DNA of 64,000 nt, taken from Mobula hypostoma. Lineage: Eukaryota. Under the pieces are notes generated by a model. It worked only from the letters and a program-made list of their open reading frames with translations, was not told the DNA's origin and made no database searches. A program made the position numbers and the translations under genes. Where the stretch lies: assembly GCF_963921235.1 (NCBI RefSeq), contig NC_086108.1, positions 96,288,001 to 96,352,000 on the forward strand, written 5' to 3'. Below are positions 1 through 12,805 of the stretch, in pieces; the first letter of the stretch is position 1, and each line of letters starts with the position of its first letter.

Positions 1-511
1 CTTCACAAACCAGAGCTCAGTTTGATGTGAAATATTATGCACCAAGATTAATCCAACCAAGGTCAGTTATGACTAATATGTTAGTACCAAGGCTGAATAA
101 GATCCAGAAATAAAATCATTGCACCATGAGTAATCCTGATATTCATCTTTTATGAACTTTACAATAGAAAACTAATTATTTCTGCAGTTATCCTTAAAAC
201 TGGAACCTCATGGCAAATGTGATGATCCATCTAAGCAAGCTGTTTGATATTTATCAGCACATATGGGGCTCTATAAATCATATTCTTTATCCAGATTCCA
301 AATTATGAGGCAGCATCTGTTTTCTGACCCGTCATTTCCAGTCCACACCCTGCTTGGTGATTACGTTCTGTGGCACTGCTGTACTGTTGGAGGCCTGCTA
401 TATCTTTGTCCTTCCAGACCTAGTCCGAGATTATGTCCAGCCATCCTGGATTTCTTATGATTAATCCTAATTTCAGGATCCGTTCCTCCTGAAAGCAGGG
501 GCATTTCATGG

Positions 512-912
512 CTCTGGGACCGGACTCGCTGGAGTTTAGAAGAATGGGGCGAAATCTCATTAAAGCCCACTGAAAAACCTAGATAGAGTGGAAATGCAGA
601 GGATGCTTCCTACAGTGGGAGGGTCTGGGACCAGAGGGAACAGCCTCAGAATAAAGGATGTATCTTTAGAAAAGAGATGAGGAGGAATTTGTGAATTTGT
701 GGAATCCATTGCTACAGACGGCTGGCTGTGGAGGCCAAGTCATGGGGTATACTTAAAACAGATGTTAATAGGTTCTTCTTTCATAAGGATGTCAAAGATT
801 ACAGGGAGAAGGCAGGAGAATTGGGTTAAGAGGGATAATAAATCAGCCATGATAGCAGAGCAGACTCAATGGGCCGAGTGGCCTAATTCTACTCCTGTGT
901 CCTATGGTCTTC
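512..912 (+). mobile_element. CR1 3' fragment
   Basis: Degraded LEFRR..G.L / RTRG.SL..KG segment and CR1 tail ending TCCTATGGTCTT. Confidence 0.8.
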
Positions 913-1664
913 CAACATACAAATTTCAAGCACTTACTTACCCCACCCCCTACCACTAGCCCTAACACCTCTTCACCTCAGCTTCTCTCCTCCCGCCCAA
1001 AAGGGCTGCCTCCTCATGGTCCACCTTGAGCAGGATATTGCTTAATGGCCAACTCTCCCCACTCTCTGTGTTAAATGGCAAACACCTGGCCTTGTTTCAA
1101 CATGTAGCTATAGTCTCTGGAGTGAGTGGCCAGCACACGATACTAAAAACAATGATGCAAGGTAGAATTCCAGTAGCAGGACACAAGCTTCCTGACCTGA
1201 GACATGACGGGACCCTTCGACATCGACTGGATCAGCAGGATTGTGCCGGGGGCAGCCCACAAGTGTCACCATGCCAACAGAGCATGCCCACAACGTACAA
1301 ACCTATTAACACTTTGGAACATGGGAGAAAACCAGACCGCCCGGAGGAAAGCCTGCAATCATGGTTCAAATGCATAACCTCCTTCTTCTCCACTCTGTCT
1401 GCCTGCCTGCACTGCCACTTCCAGGAAACTAAGTACTTGTACCCCAAGTTCTTGCTGTTCAGTTACAATCCTCTGATCCCTGCCTTTCCCCGGCCTGGTT
1501 TAACTTCCCAAAATACACCATTTTACACTTGTCTGTGTTAAATATCATTCCCCTTGTCCACTTTCTCTGTTGGTTTAGATTCTGCTGTAACATTAGACAA
1601 ATGTCTTCACTGTCCGCCACACCGCCAATGTGTGTCATCTGCAAATTTTCTAATCATTTCACCT

Positions 1665-1915
1665 GGGTACAGAGGAAATATCAGGGGTAGGTTTTTCACA
1701 CAGAGAGTGGTTGGTGCGTGGAATGCACTGCCAGTGACGGTGGTGGAGACGATACAATAGGGTCTTTTAAGAGACTCTTAGATAGACACATGGAGCTGAA
1801 AAAAATAGAGGGCTATATGGTAGGGTAATTCTAAACAGTTTCTAGAGTAGGTTACATGGTCGGCACAACATTGTGGGCCGAAGGGCCTGTAAAGCACTGT
1901 AGATTTCTATGTTCA
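1665..1915 (+). mobile_element. CR1 3' fragment
   Basis: FFTQRVVGAWNALP; tail TGTAGATTTCTATGTTC. Confidence 0.85.
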
Positions 1916-3984
1916 TCTAGATTATTAACATACATAATAAACAATGAAAGACAGTGCCAGTTCTACTTTGGATTTTCATTCTGTAGACAATATAACTCTT
2001 CCTTTTTATATAAATATCAATCTCATTAGTGAGTCCTGTAACAGAAGATTGATGAATTCATTTGGATCTACAATTTTAGATATTGATTTTGTGTTCTTTC
2101 TTAAACAGTTTTCCTCTTTTTTTTTTTAGCTATCATCACGATAGCCTGCCACCCGTTCCCTGACCACTGTTGTCGTGTGTCTTCTCTATAAATCCCTGAA
2201 CTGTACTGCATCGATTGCACGAATGTGCCAAGTGCGCTCCTGGCCAATTGATCACACGGTGAATTGATTGTGCCCTCTACGCGCAAAGGCCCTCTCTTTT
2301 CGCACAGGCTTTTCTGAGTGCACACGTTTTCATCTCGGCAGGCCCAGTTTGTTGCTCCTGCACTAAAAATTGCCCAGCGTGTACCGTGGCTAACAGGACC
2401 CAGTAAAAACGTTTATCCCTACTACTGCATTGCCGTCCTCGCTCTGCAGATACTTTAACAAACCCTGCAACCCGTTTCCTCATCACCGCTCATATGTTGT
2501 GCAATCTGTTCCTTCACCATCGCTCACCTCACTCCGTCAGTATCTACAAGGGACTACAAGGCAGCATTGCCTCTTGTAATCACTGTCATTACCCCCAGCC
2601 ACCGCAGGGCAGTACCTGCCCTCAGGATGCAGTGAGAATCAGGCCTCCATGTTCCCCACAGAGCCTCTCTGCTCTTGGAAGGAAGACATTTGATTATTAG
2701 TAAATACACACTTTTTGTGGATTGGCAAATCAGCCAGAAGACTTCAGATCATCGTGAAGTGACACTGATTCACTGATCAAAACTTTCCTTGTTCCTGCTA
2801 CGGACCACCAGTTCCTAAAGCAGTACTGTTAGACTGTGCAGATTGTGGATATTGTTTTCATCAATGGGACATTTAGGGGTTTATTAGTGAAGACTTTGTT
2901 TGAGCAGCAGATTTAAAGTTGCTTACTTGGCACTAACAGGACTGGGGAATGAACACCCCTTGGTTAATGAAAAATTCCGCTGTCACGGCCTTTGCTCTGG
3001 AGGATTGCAAGTATATCCTGCCAGATAGAAAATAATTAAATATCATTGGCTTTACTTGTAGTAAAGGAAGTACATCAAAGTTCAAGTGAATTTATTATGC
3101 GTCACCATAACTACCTTGAGATTCATTTTCTTGCAGGCACTCACAGCAGAACACAGAAATACAATAGTATCAATGAAATGTATGCACAAGGACTGATAAC
3201 CAATATGCAAAAGGCGGCAAATTGTGCAAATAAAATAAGAACCAATCATAATAGTAATAAGTAAATAGTAAATAAATAATAACGAGAAAACCAGAGTCAT
3301 ATAGTCCTTGAAAGTGAGTCTGTAGGTTGTGGAATCAGTTCAGTGCTGAGGTGATCATAGTTACCCAGGCTTGTTCAGAATCCTGATGGTTGAGGGGTAG
3401 TAACTGTTCCTGAACCTGATGGTGTGGGATTTTTTCCTGATTCTCACTAAACAGAATCATATAATGTCTCAGCACTTTGTACGAAAGGAATACATGAGTA
3501 TTAATTGTTCTTTTTGCGCTTATTCTGCTTTGGAATGCTCTACTTTATTCTTATATATGATCATTCTGTCCCGTGGGGTGAGGAAAAGTTGAGGGGTAAC
3601 TTTTATTTTGATACTGTTGACATTTCATGCAAAAATGGAAAAAAAAACATAAAACTATTCTTTTGCTCAGCTTGGAGCTATTTTTTATATTAATATGCAG
3701 CTGGTGTGAAGGTACAAAGAAAAAATTGCCTTGCATCCCATCCAAACAGATTAATTCATTACAACAGTGCATTGGGGTAGTACAAGGTAAAAAAAAACCT
3801 GATACAGTGCAGAATAAAGTGCGTAGAGAAAGAGCAGTTCAGGCAGACAGTAAAGTGCAAGGTCAAAATAAGATAGATTTTCAGTTACAATAGTGCCACA
3901 CTGCTATTCTTTCGCATTCTCCCCTTTAATGTCTGAAGTTTCTACATCACAGAACATTGAGTAATCAGTCCTGTTCTCTATATG

Positions 3985-4790
3985 TCAATAGGTACATTTA
4001 ATGTCAGGGAAATGCATACAATATACATCCTGAAATTCTTTTTCTTCACAGACATCCACAAAAACAGAGGAGTGCCCCAAAGAATGACAGTTAAACATTA
4101 GAACTCCAAAGCCCCCCCAAAGATCCCCCTCCCACCCACAAGCAGCAGCTAGGCAATGACCTCCCCCACCAGCAAAAAAGCATCAGCACCCTCCTCCCAG
4201 CACTCAGGCGTGCAGTAAAGCATCAATAAAGACACAAACTTGCAGTACTCCAAAGACAACTCGTTCACCCAGTAATTCGACATACCACAGGCTCTCTCTC
4301 TCTCCCTAATAAGGGAAAAAGAAGTGCCCCCATTTCACAGCGAGATGGGAGACAAAACAAGCAACTCATTGATTTACGACGTTAAAAGTCTGTTGCATTG
4401 CTGTTTCCGAGCTCTGTGCTCAGAGAGTCGGCCCCAGAAAGGTGCAGATCTCAGGACACACATCACCTGGCAGCTAACCCAATGTTCCATGCTCTCCCAC
4501 AATGCTTCAGTCAGGGGCATCAGCCTAGAATCAGCACATCCCCAGAGCCATGAAAATCTGAAACCCTGAAGGCACACTCGCTTTCCGAGCTGTGTCCTTG
4601 GGATATCAAAAAGCGGCCAGTCGTGAGGCCCTGAGAGCGGGTCCCATTCCCACAAAGAACCAAAGTCTGAGTGTAACTCCAAGTCAGGGTCTTCAAAAGA
4701 ACCTTGAAAAGGAAGAAAAGAGATGCCAAAGATTGAAATAGATCTGTTTCCGAAGATGCAAGCAAAGGAGTTGCCATTTAGCGCCATCAT
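3985..4790 (-). mobile_element. Non-coding non-autonomous LINE-derived element
   Basis: Minus strand starts GATGGCG and ends in a LINE-like 3' tail; related antisense copy at about 29240-30170. Confidence 0.55.
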
Positions 4791-5129
4791 AACTTCGCCT
4801 TTCCTCGACCATGCTTTTGTAATGCAATAATATTATAATTACAAGTGCTGATTCATGTACTTAGCTCAACTGCCTTACCTGTGAGACTCCTCACATGAAA
4901 GAGACTGCAGTTGACGTGCCCTGTCCTCATTACCTCTTCATGAAGGAGGTGCAGGAGCCGGAAGACACACACTCAATGTTTTCCCCTCCACCATCAGATT
5001 TCTGAATGGACAATGAGCCCATGTGCACTATCCCACTATTCCTCATTATTTTTTCCCTTGTGCATTTGTCCCTCGCCATTAAATCTCCCTCCTGCCGCTA
5101 AATCCAGCAAGCGGAAGAAGTGCCCATTC

Positions 5130-5810
5130 TCCTCCCTCACTTCCATTCGGGGCCCCAAACAGACCTTCCACGTGAGACAATACTTTATCTGCGAATCTGT
5201 TGGGGCCTTCGACTGTATCTGGTGCTCCCGATGCAGCTTCCTCCACATTGGTAAGTCCCAACACAGATTGAGGGACCACTCTGTCGAGCACCTTCACTCC
5301 ATCGGCAACAAGCAGGATTTTCCAGTGGCCACCCATTTTAATTCCAGTCCCCATTCCCATTCTGACATGTTTGTCCATAGCCTTCCCCACTGCCATAATG
5401 AGGCCACTCTCAGGTTGGAGAAGCAACATCTCATGTTCCATCTGGGTAGCCTCCAACTTGATTTCATGAACATCAATTTCTCTAACTTCCAGTAATTTTT
5501 CCTCCTCCCCTTTCCCTCTTGTTCCATTTCCCACTCTGACTCCTTTCTTACCTCTTCTCTTCTCCTCACCTGCCTATCACCTCCCCCTGGAGCCCCTCCT
5601 CTTCCATCCTCCCCTTCCCCACCCACCTGGCTTCACCTATCACCATCTAGCTTGTACACCTTCTCCTCCACCCACCTTCTTACTTTGGCTTCTTTCCCCT
5701 TCTTTTCCAGTCCTGATGAAAGGTCTTGACCCGAAACGTTGACTGCTGATTCCTTTCCATAGATGCTGCCTGACCTGCTGAGTTCCTCCAGCATTTTTGT
5801 GTGTGTTACT
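5130..5810 (+). mobile_element. Penelope-like element 3' fragment (GIY-YIG endonuclease remnant + hammerhead-bearing tail)
   Basis: CIWCSRC..HIGKS..RL..EHL..PVATHFN..E.HL.F.LGSLQ..MN is a Penelope-type GIY-YIG C-terminus, followed by a pyrimidine-rich UTR and CTGATGA..GAAAC. Confidence 0.88.
5708..5745 (+). ncRNA. Minimal type I hammerhead ribozyme motif in Penelope tail
   Basis: Stem I CAGTC/GACTG, core CTGATGA, stem II GGTC-TT-GACC, GAAA, then CGTT (GUU triplet). Confidence 0.7.
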
Positions 5811-6332
5811 CTCTGAAGAATCCTTCCAAGTGCCTTGGAATATTTTTATGATGACCTCCCAAAGATGAGGCATCTTCTGCCAGGAAAGTTAGGCCACAAC
5901 CACAGTGAAGCCTCTGTTCTTGAACTACCAGAGGCAGGATCAAAAACAGCAAAAGGTTATTGAGCAATCTTTTTATTCCTCACATGACACTATTGCTCCC
6001 TTTTCCTGCTGAAACCACTTGTGCAAGATGGACAGCCAGGGTTGAATATGTCGGCTGTACAATTGACTGTTTTCACTAAGCCTGCTTCCACTGCAGACAG
6101 ATCACAGCATAGTGAAAGGGGTCATGACAGAATTCAGAAGCAGAGATTGTGGACTGCGTACGCAGAGAGAGCACTGGATACTGGAGTACTGAGTGAGAAT
6201 TAACTCATACTCAACGTTCCCTCTAATTATTTTTACTGCTGCTTGGACCAATGAATCTGTGAGCAGGAAATTTTTACATGGCCTGAAAACTGAACGGCAT
6301 TTCAAGTGTTTGTTTTTGTAATATTCATACTT

Positions 6333-6570
6333 GGGTGCCATGGTAGCATAGTAGTTAACACAGCGCTATTATTGCTTTGGGTGTCCGAGTTCAGAGTTCA
6401 GTTCCGACGTCACCTGAAAGGAGTCTGCACGTGCTCCCTGTGGAACGTGTGGGTTTCCTCCAGGGGCACAGGCCAATGACACACACGTTAGTAGGTTAAT
6501 TGGTCTTTGGAAATTATCCTGTGATTAGGCTATGGTTAAACTGGGGGGGGGGGGGTCACTGGGCATACGC
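6333..6570 (+). mobile_element. V-SINE (tRNA-derived)
   Basis: Head with A/B-box-like motifs; V-domain CTCCCTGTG..GTGGGTTTCCTCC; GTTAGTAGGTTAATTGGT. Confidence 0.75.
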
Positions 6571-7444
6571 AAGATACGTTTAGACTCAGTACTTGTAATG
6601 ATAATAAACCAATTTACCATTTATGGTTTGGTGTGGCAATTCGATTGTTTAGGAATGTAATTTACATTTAATTTCTGTTTTATTTATCCTGTGAATATTT
6701 TGTACCCGATACTACTTACTTGTAATATTGCTGCAGTTATGTTTTTCCTTGCACCCCTCCATCCATGACATGTATTAGTGCATAAGGTAATAAGCTTGGT
6801 TTTTAACTTTCAAAAGGATTAGAGGAGATTCAAAAGAAAGTTAAATACTATATCAGTTTTCTACCACCATGCCGTTGGACTGCATAAAGCCATAACTAGC
6901 ATTAACACAGCCTTTGACGAAGAAACAGATGTCAAAATCATTTGCAGATGTTCCACTTAAAACACATCAGCCAAAATGTACATGAGGCCAGGATATCTGT
7001 GATTATTAATCAAACAGAGTTGCACCAAGATAGAAAAATTTTGACTTGGCTCTACAAAGAAGCAACCCACCTGACGGTGTTGGCAGTCAGTGTTTCTGCC
7101 CAGAGTAACATTGGTAGAAATAACCACAGCTCAGTCCTTGTGAAGGCAACATCATGAACTTAGAGCGTCTTCAACTTAATCAAAAGTGACAAGATGATTC
7201 ATAGATGTAGTATCAGATGCAAAGTTGGCATGCTAAAGAAAGTGATTAGATATGACGACTAAATTTTTGTCCAAAGAGGGCGGTTTAATTTTTTTTTTAC
7301 AAAAGTTATTGTGAAGGGGGAGAGGTTTGCAGAGGAAATTGTAGAGCTGTCGTCCAAGATGACTGAAGATGTGGCTCTCATTGCCCAGATGAAGGGATTG
7401 ACTGATGAGTAAAAGGCCAGACTTGGAGAAACATGAGATTAGAG

Positions 7445-8060
7445 TCATAGAACATAGAGCACTACAGACCCGAAACATTTCTGTCAGCCCATCTACTCCT
7501 TGCTGAACTGTTATTCTGCCTAGGTCATGGACCATAGCCCTCCATATCCCTCCCATCCATGTAACTAGCTAAACTTCTCTTAAATATTGCAATCAAACCT
7601 TCATTCACCACTTCTGCTGGCAGCATATTCCACACTCTCACCACCCTCTGAGTGGAAAAGTTCCCCCTCAGGCTCTCCTTAAATACATTACCTTTCACCC
7701 TTAGCCTATGACCCCTAGTTCTAGTCTCACCTATGCTCAGTGGGAAAAAAAAGTCTGCTTGCATTTATTCTATCTATACTCCTTGTAATTTTGCATACAT
7801 CTTTATCAAGTCTGTCCTCATTCTCCTACGTTCCAGGGAATAAAGTCCTAACCGATGGAAAATTGGAAGGCTATGTAGGTTAGAAGGTTGGCAAAACATT
7901 GTGGGCTGAAGGGCCTGAACTGTGCTGTAATGTTCTATGTTCTCTATTCCACTTAATCTTTCCCTATAACTTAGGTCCTTAAGTTCTGGCAACATCCTTG
8001 TAAACTTCCACCGTATCTTATTGATACCTTTCCTGTAGGTAGCTGACTGGAGCGGCACAC
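7445..8060 (-). mobile_element. CR1 3' fragment with a nested sense CR1 tail (about 7853-7943)
   Basis: TRTRGHRLRVKG..FSTQRVVRVWN on the minus strand; the insert ends in TGTTCTATGTTCT. Confidence 0.8.
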
Positions 8061-9389
8061 GGTGAGGGGTTGTATGGGCTTACAGAAAGGGAGAGGAAAG
8101 CAGTGAAGAGATATGCATGTAATTGTAAAGATGTTGATTCGGAATGGATGGGGAGCTGGAAGTTAAGGTTGGTCGTCGAGAGTACAGATGGGGGAGCAGG
8201 GCAATGGTGACAGAGAATGAGGGTGTGCTTGTTTTAGAAGTAATACTGGAGTGGAGGTGTGGGAGGCTGATGAAGCGGGTGACTGTGTCAAAAGCTGCAG
8301 AGAGATTGAGAAGGCTGAGGAGAGCAGCAGGAGAGTTGGTCTATGGACAATGATTCAGTTGCTGACGGTCACATAGAAGGAAGGAAGTTGGAATGATGTG
8401 GAAACATGATCTTTTGCATCCTGGGACAAAGTAACTATTGACTTTTGCAGATTTCGAAGCGAGGGAGGTTGTACCCAGTGTTGGATTCTGGCACTTTTGC
8501 AATCTAAGGGTTCTTTGGAAGTCAAGAATGAGGCATAAAACTTGCTGCTACACAGCTTTACTTAGCATTACAAGAACAAACTACGAAGAAAGAGGAGCTG
8601 AGAGAACAAAGACAAAGGAAAAAAACTGTCACGGTCGTCTCATACACAGACCAGAGATAACACAAATTCCAGTGATAATCTATAAAATAACCACATTCAA
8701 GTGGTGTGACACCTACATCTGAAAACTTAGAAGTTTCTAGGAAAAAAACAGAAGCAAACTCTATCGTAATTACTGGAAAATTCCCTGAACAATTACATGT
8801 ATATAAGTGATTATCTAAAAATACAAGCAAGCATAGGTCAGTTAAACTAAAAAAAGAGCAAAGAGAATAATAATTCTACGCCTTAACCAACACCAACGAC
8901 TAGGAGCTTTCGATGATATCACCTCACTTGGGTCCTAGAGGGAAAGTTACGTGGGAGTAAGATTGAGAGAACTAGGGCATGGTGAGTCCAAGGAAGGCAC
9001 AGAAGGAGATGAAGAGAAAATGGAGAGAGATACAAATTCTGAGTGGGAGCCTGGTCAACCTCATGGGAGGAACATGGCTTGGTGGCCAAGGGGCAACAGA
9101 AATGAGGAGGGGAAATCTCCATGGATGTTCTCAGACTTACTGAGCAAAGGACCATGAAGTCCTTTTAGTTGCGGTTCAAGGGAGCAGCTGCCATGGCTCA
9201 TTGCTGATGCGAAGTCAACCTGGGGCAACACATGGACTAGTGATCTCTCGGGGCTAGAGAGCCAGGGAGGTTGGATGGAGGAGTTGGGATGGGTCGGTGG
9301 AGGTTGTGGAAGGGGAGACTAGAGGCCAGGGGAAGGTGGGTGGGGGGAGGCGTTTGGAAAGTACCCAATTCAAGGAAGAGAAGGCATTG

Positions 9390-9905
9390 GAATTGGAACT
9401 GGTTTATTGTCACTTTACTGAGATACAGTGAAAAGCTTGTCTTGCACACAGATCAATTCATCTCATAATGCATGAGGTCAAACAAGCTAAAACAATAACA
9501 ATGCAGAATAAAGTGAAGCAGCTACAGAGAAAGTGCAGCGCAGTCAATAAGATTGTGAGGTCAAGAGCCCATTTTACCATACAAGAAGTCTGTTTAAGAG
9601 TCTGATAACAGTGGGATTGAAGTAGTCCTTGATCCTGGTGGGACGTGCTTTCAAGCTTTTGTCGCTTTTACCCGAAGGGAGGGGGTAAAAGAGAGAATGT
9701 CCAAGATAGGAGGGGTCTTTGATTATGCTGGCTGCTTTACTGAGGCAGCGAGATACATAGACATAATCAGTGGAGGGGATGCTGGTTTCCGTGATGTGCC
9801 AAGCAGTGTCCACAACTCTCTGCAGTTTCTTGCGGTCCCGTGCAAAGCAGTTGCCATACCAAGCCGTTATGCATTCAGATAGAGGGCTTTCTATAGTGCA
9901 TCAAT
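9390..9905 (-). mobile_element. Rex1/Babar-type LINE 3' fragment
   Basis: RCLSKAASIIKDPS..GHSLF.PLPSGK..F.P.VIRLLN. Confidence 0.8.
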
Positions 9906-9914
9906 AAAAGAAAG

Positions 9915-10400
9915 CTGTCCACTACACCAACAATATTGGCGTCAACTGCAAACGTACTAATTATGCTACTTACATTTTCATCCAAGTCACTTATATGTAT
10001 GACAATGAGCAGAGGGCACGATACTGATCCCTGCACCACACCACTGATCACGGGCCCCCACAACCACCATCCGCCCCCTACCACCAAGACAATCCTGTGC
10101 CCGCTTTGGACAGTCCCCGTGTGTTCCAGCTTTTCAGAGTAGCCTACCACAAACTTCTTTATTGTTTCTTCAGAAGAACTCGGTGAAATTAGTGAGACAA
10201 GATTTCCCACATGCAGAGCCACGTTGCCTATCCCTGATCATTTCTCGCCTTTCCAAATGTAAATAAATCCTGTCCCTCAGAATCTCTTCCAGTAACTTCC
10301 TCACCACTGATGTAAGGTTCACTGTAGTTCGTTGCTGCCCTTATTAAAAAAAAATAGACAATTAGTTACCCTCCAATCTTCTGGTACCTCACCTCCAGGT
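9915..10400 (-). mobile_element. CR1 RT fragment
   Basis: SGVVQGSVSCPLL..ISDLDE..ISTFAVDA (degraded GVPQGS and FADD). Confidence 0.75.
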
Positions 10401-10419
10401 GATGACGATATAAAAATCT

Positions 10420-10680
10420 AGGGCAACATGGTAGCTTAGTAGTTAGTGTGATGCCACTACAGTGCTGGAGACGTGGGTTGAATTCTGCTGCTTTCTATAA
10501 GGAGTTTGAATGCTCTCCCAGTGACCACATGTGTTTCCTCTGGGGGCTCCGGATTCCCTCCACATGCCAAAAACATCTGGGTTAGCAGCTTAATTGGTCA
10601 CCCGCTGTACTTGGGCGATGTGGGGCCAACGGGCTGGGTGGGCCTTTAACGACGCTGTATCTCGAGATGAATAAAATAAA
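10420..10680 (+). mobile_element. V-SINE
   Basis: tRNA-like head, V-domain (CTCTCCCAGTGACC..GTTTCCTCTGGGGGCTCCGGATTCCCTCCACA), AATAAA-type tail. Confidence 0.8.
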
Positions 10681-11419
10681 CATCTCTTCCAAGGCTCCGA
10701 CATTGCCATAACGTTCTGGAGAAGAAGCAGTCGGGATGGGAGGAAGAACCCCGAGTCCGTGCGTTGGGACTACACAAAACCTGCGCCTCTCATACGACCC
10801 ACCTGCCTGCTCGGTGATCTCTTCTCCCTCCAGTGGCAGGGTCTATGCGTGCTGACCTCAGATCCTACAGAACCGGAGCTAGGCAAGTCCTAAGACCAAA
10901 GGACTGCCTCAGGAAAGAGGACAAGAACTGAACCGCGATGCAGGAAACCGTCTATTGCAAACAACTTGAATGACCTGGCTATTCGCGTGTGTCATCTGGG
11001 AATCATGATTTATTTAAAATACTGGGAGCGTGTGGAGGAGTTCCTTGTTTTCTTGTGGCAGACGAACTTCATATGTGGAATTGTAGAAAGCATTTGCCAC
11101 TTAGTATTACATAATTATAGTAATTTTGTAGAAAAATTGCTGCCAAAATATGAACATCAATTTGTCATTTACAAACAAGTCAATTTTAATGTGTTTCTCA
11201 CAGCAGCAATTTAAGCCATTAGAGTTAACCATAGCTTACTGTATGGTTAACCATAACCATAGGGTGATCCTAATCACCCAGACTTCTTTACAAATAGTCC
11301 GTGAAAATGTGTACTGGGTATTTGTAAAATGTAAATATATGTCAATTTATTATTTCAATCATTTAAAGAAAGAGCAAACTTCCTTTTATTGTGGCAACAC
11401 TTGCGGACTGACCACAGAA

Positions 11420-11645
11420 CACCCTTAAGGGTGTCAGTCCAGTGAACCGCGCCGCCCAGCAGCTCACTAGCTTAATCGCAGGACACTTTACAACGCTCAA
11501 TTAACCTACCAATCGGGACGTCTTTGGATTGTGAGGGAGGGAAGGGAAACCGGAGCACCCAGAGGAAACCCACATGGTCACAGGGAGACCATCTTACGAA
11601 CATCTTACAGGCGTCGTTGGAATTGAACTCTGAACTCTGACGCGT
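11420..11645 (-). mobile_element. V-SINE
   Basis: Antisense V-domain GGAAACCGGAGCACCCAGAGGAAACCCAC. Confidence 0.8.
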
Positions 11646-11714
11646 ACTTCTTTGGGCAGCAGCGAAGACCCTCCATCTCAGTCAAATCATCGCACGCACG
11701 TATAGGTGGAATCC

Positions 11715-11935
11715 TCATTGCTGCTTCTGTAACAACTTTTTTGACCAGTCAGGGTCACTAGCCCCGAGCTGAACCCCTGAACCTGGAGGACCGGTGGGCC
11801 ACTTAGTCTGGCCTCTGCCCTTTGACCTGTTTGGCATGGGTGACCCTACCAAGAGCCAAAGCACAAGACCCTGACTCCAGCCAACAGAGCTCCCTGGGTC
11901 AACCCTCCAAACGACGACAAAGTTGTGGTCCTCTT
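11715..11935 (-). mobile_element. RTE-like non-autonomous fragment
   Basis: Shares GGCATGGGTGACCCTACCAAGAGCCAAAGCA..CCCTGACTCCAGCCAAC with about 63448-63500; clade assignment is from recall. Confidence 0.55.
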
Positions 11936-12805
11936 GAATGAACCCCGACACCCCCAGCTGCAATAGTGTCGCACAACCTGCTACGCTACCAGAGCGTACA
12001 TTTCACTGAAATGACACGTTTTACTGTGCGTGGGATAAATAAATCAAATACCCTTCATGGCGATGGGATATCAGAAAGGGTTTTGCTGCAGGCGGGGCTT
12101 CTGAAGTGTAGCATTTGTTATGACAAGAGGGAGTATAGTGACATGCTCTCACAAACAGCGGTGACTGTGAACCACCATTTAGATAAAATAACAAGTTTTA
12201 TCAATGGAAAGAACAAACGGCGTTGGCTGAAACTCATACTAAGTCTTGTGATGTTAACACAAGAATAGGAATTAATAACTCCAGTGCTACTCCTCAATTC
12301 TCTGACATCAGAAGCCTCACACTTCAGGTTTCTGACCGCTTCCTCCATGATAGTCATTGGGTATACTTAAAACGAAGGTTGATAGGTTCTTGTTTAGTCA
12401 GGGTGTCAAAGGTTATGGGGAGAAGGCAGGAGAATAAGATTGAAAGGGATAATAAATAAGCCATGATGAAATGGTTTAGTAGACTCGATGGGCCAAAAGG
12501 CCTGATTCTGCTCCTCTGTCCTACGGTCTTATACTACAGATAAAGGATAGGGTGCATGAGCTACCAAGTGGGTGTCCTTCATATTAAACTTTATTTTGTT
12601 CTGCAGCTAGTTACAACATCAGAGCTGATTAACTGCTGCCAGAGTGACCTGACATTGGAAAAAGTGATATTGGTTTATCACGGTTTAGCACGCTATCTAT
12701 ATAGGGCATCCTTGAAGTTCTCCTTTCTACCAAGATAAGAAGCAGTGTACTTTCCATTCAGTGCAATGGAATACATTTTCGCCTTGAGTCTAATCATATC
12801 CAGTT

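Noticed and set aside
1026..1541. 171-aa ORF
   Set aside because: Non-ATG start, crosses an antisense V-SINE remnant (about 1290-1370) and a CR1 remnant, no recognisable domain.
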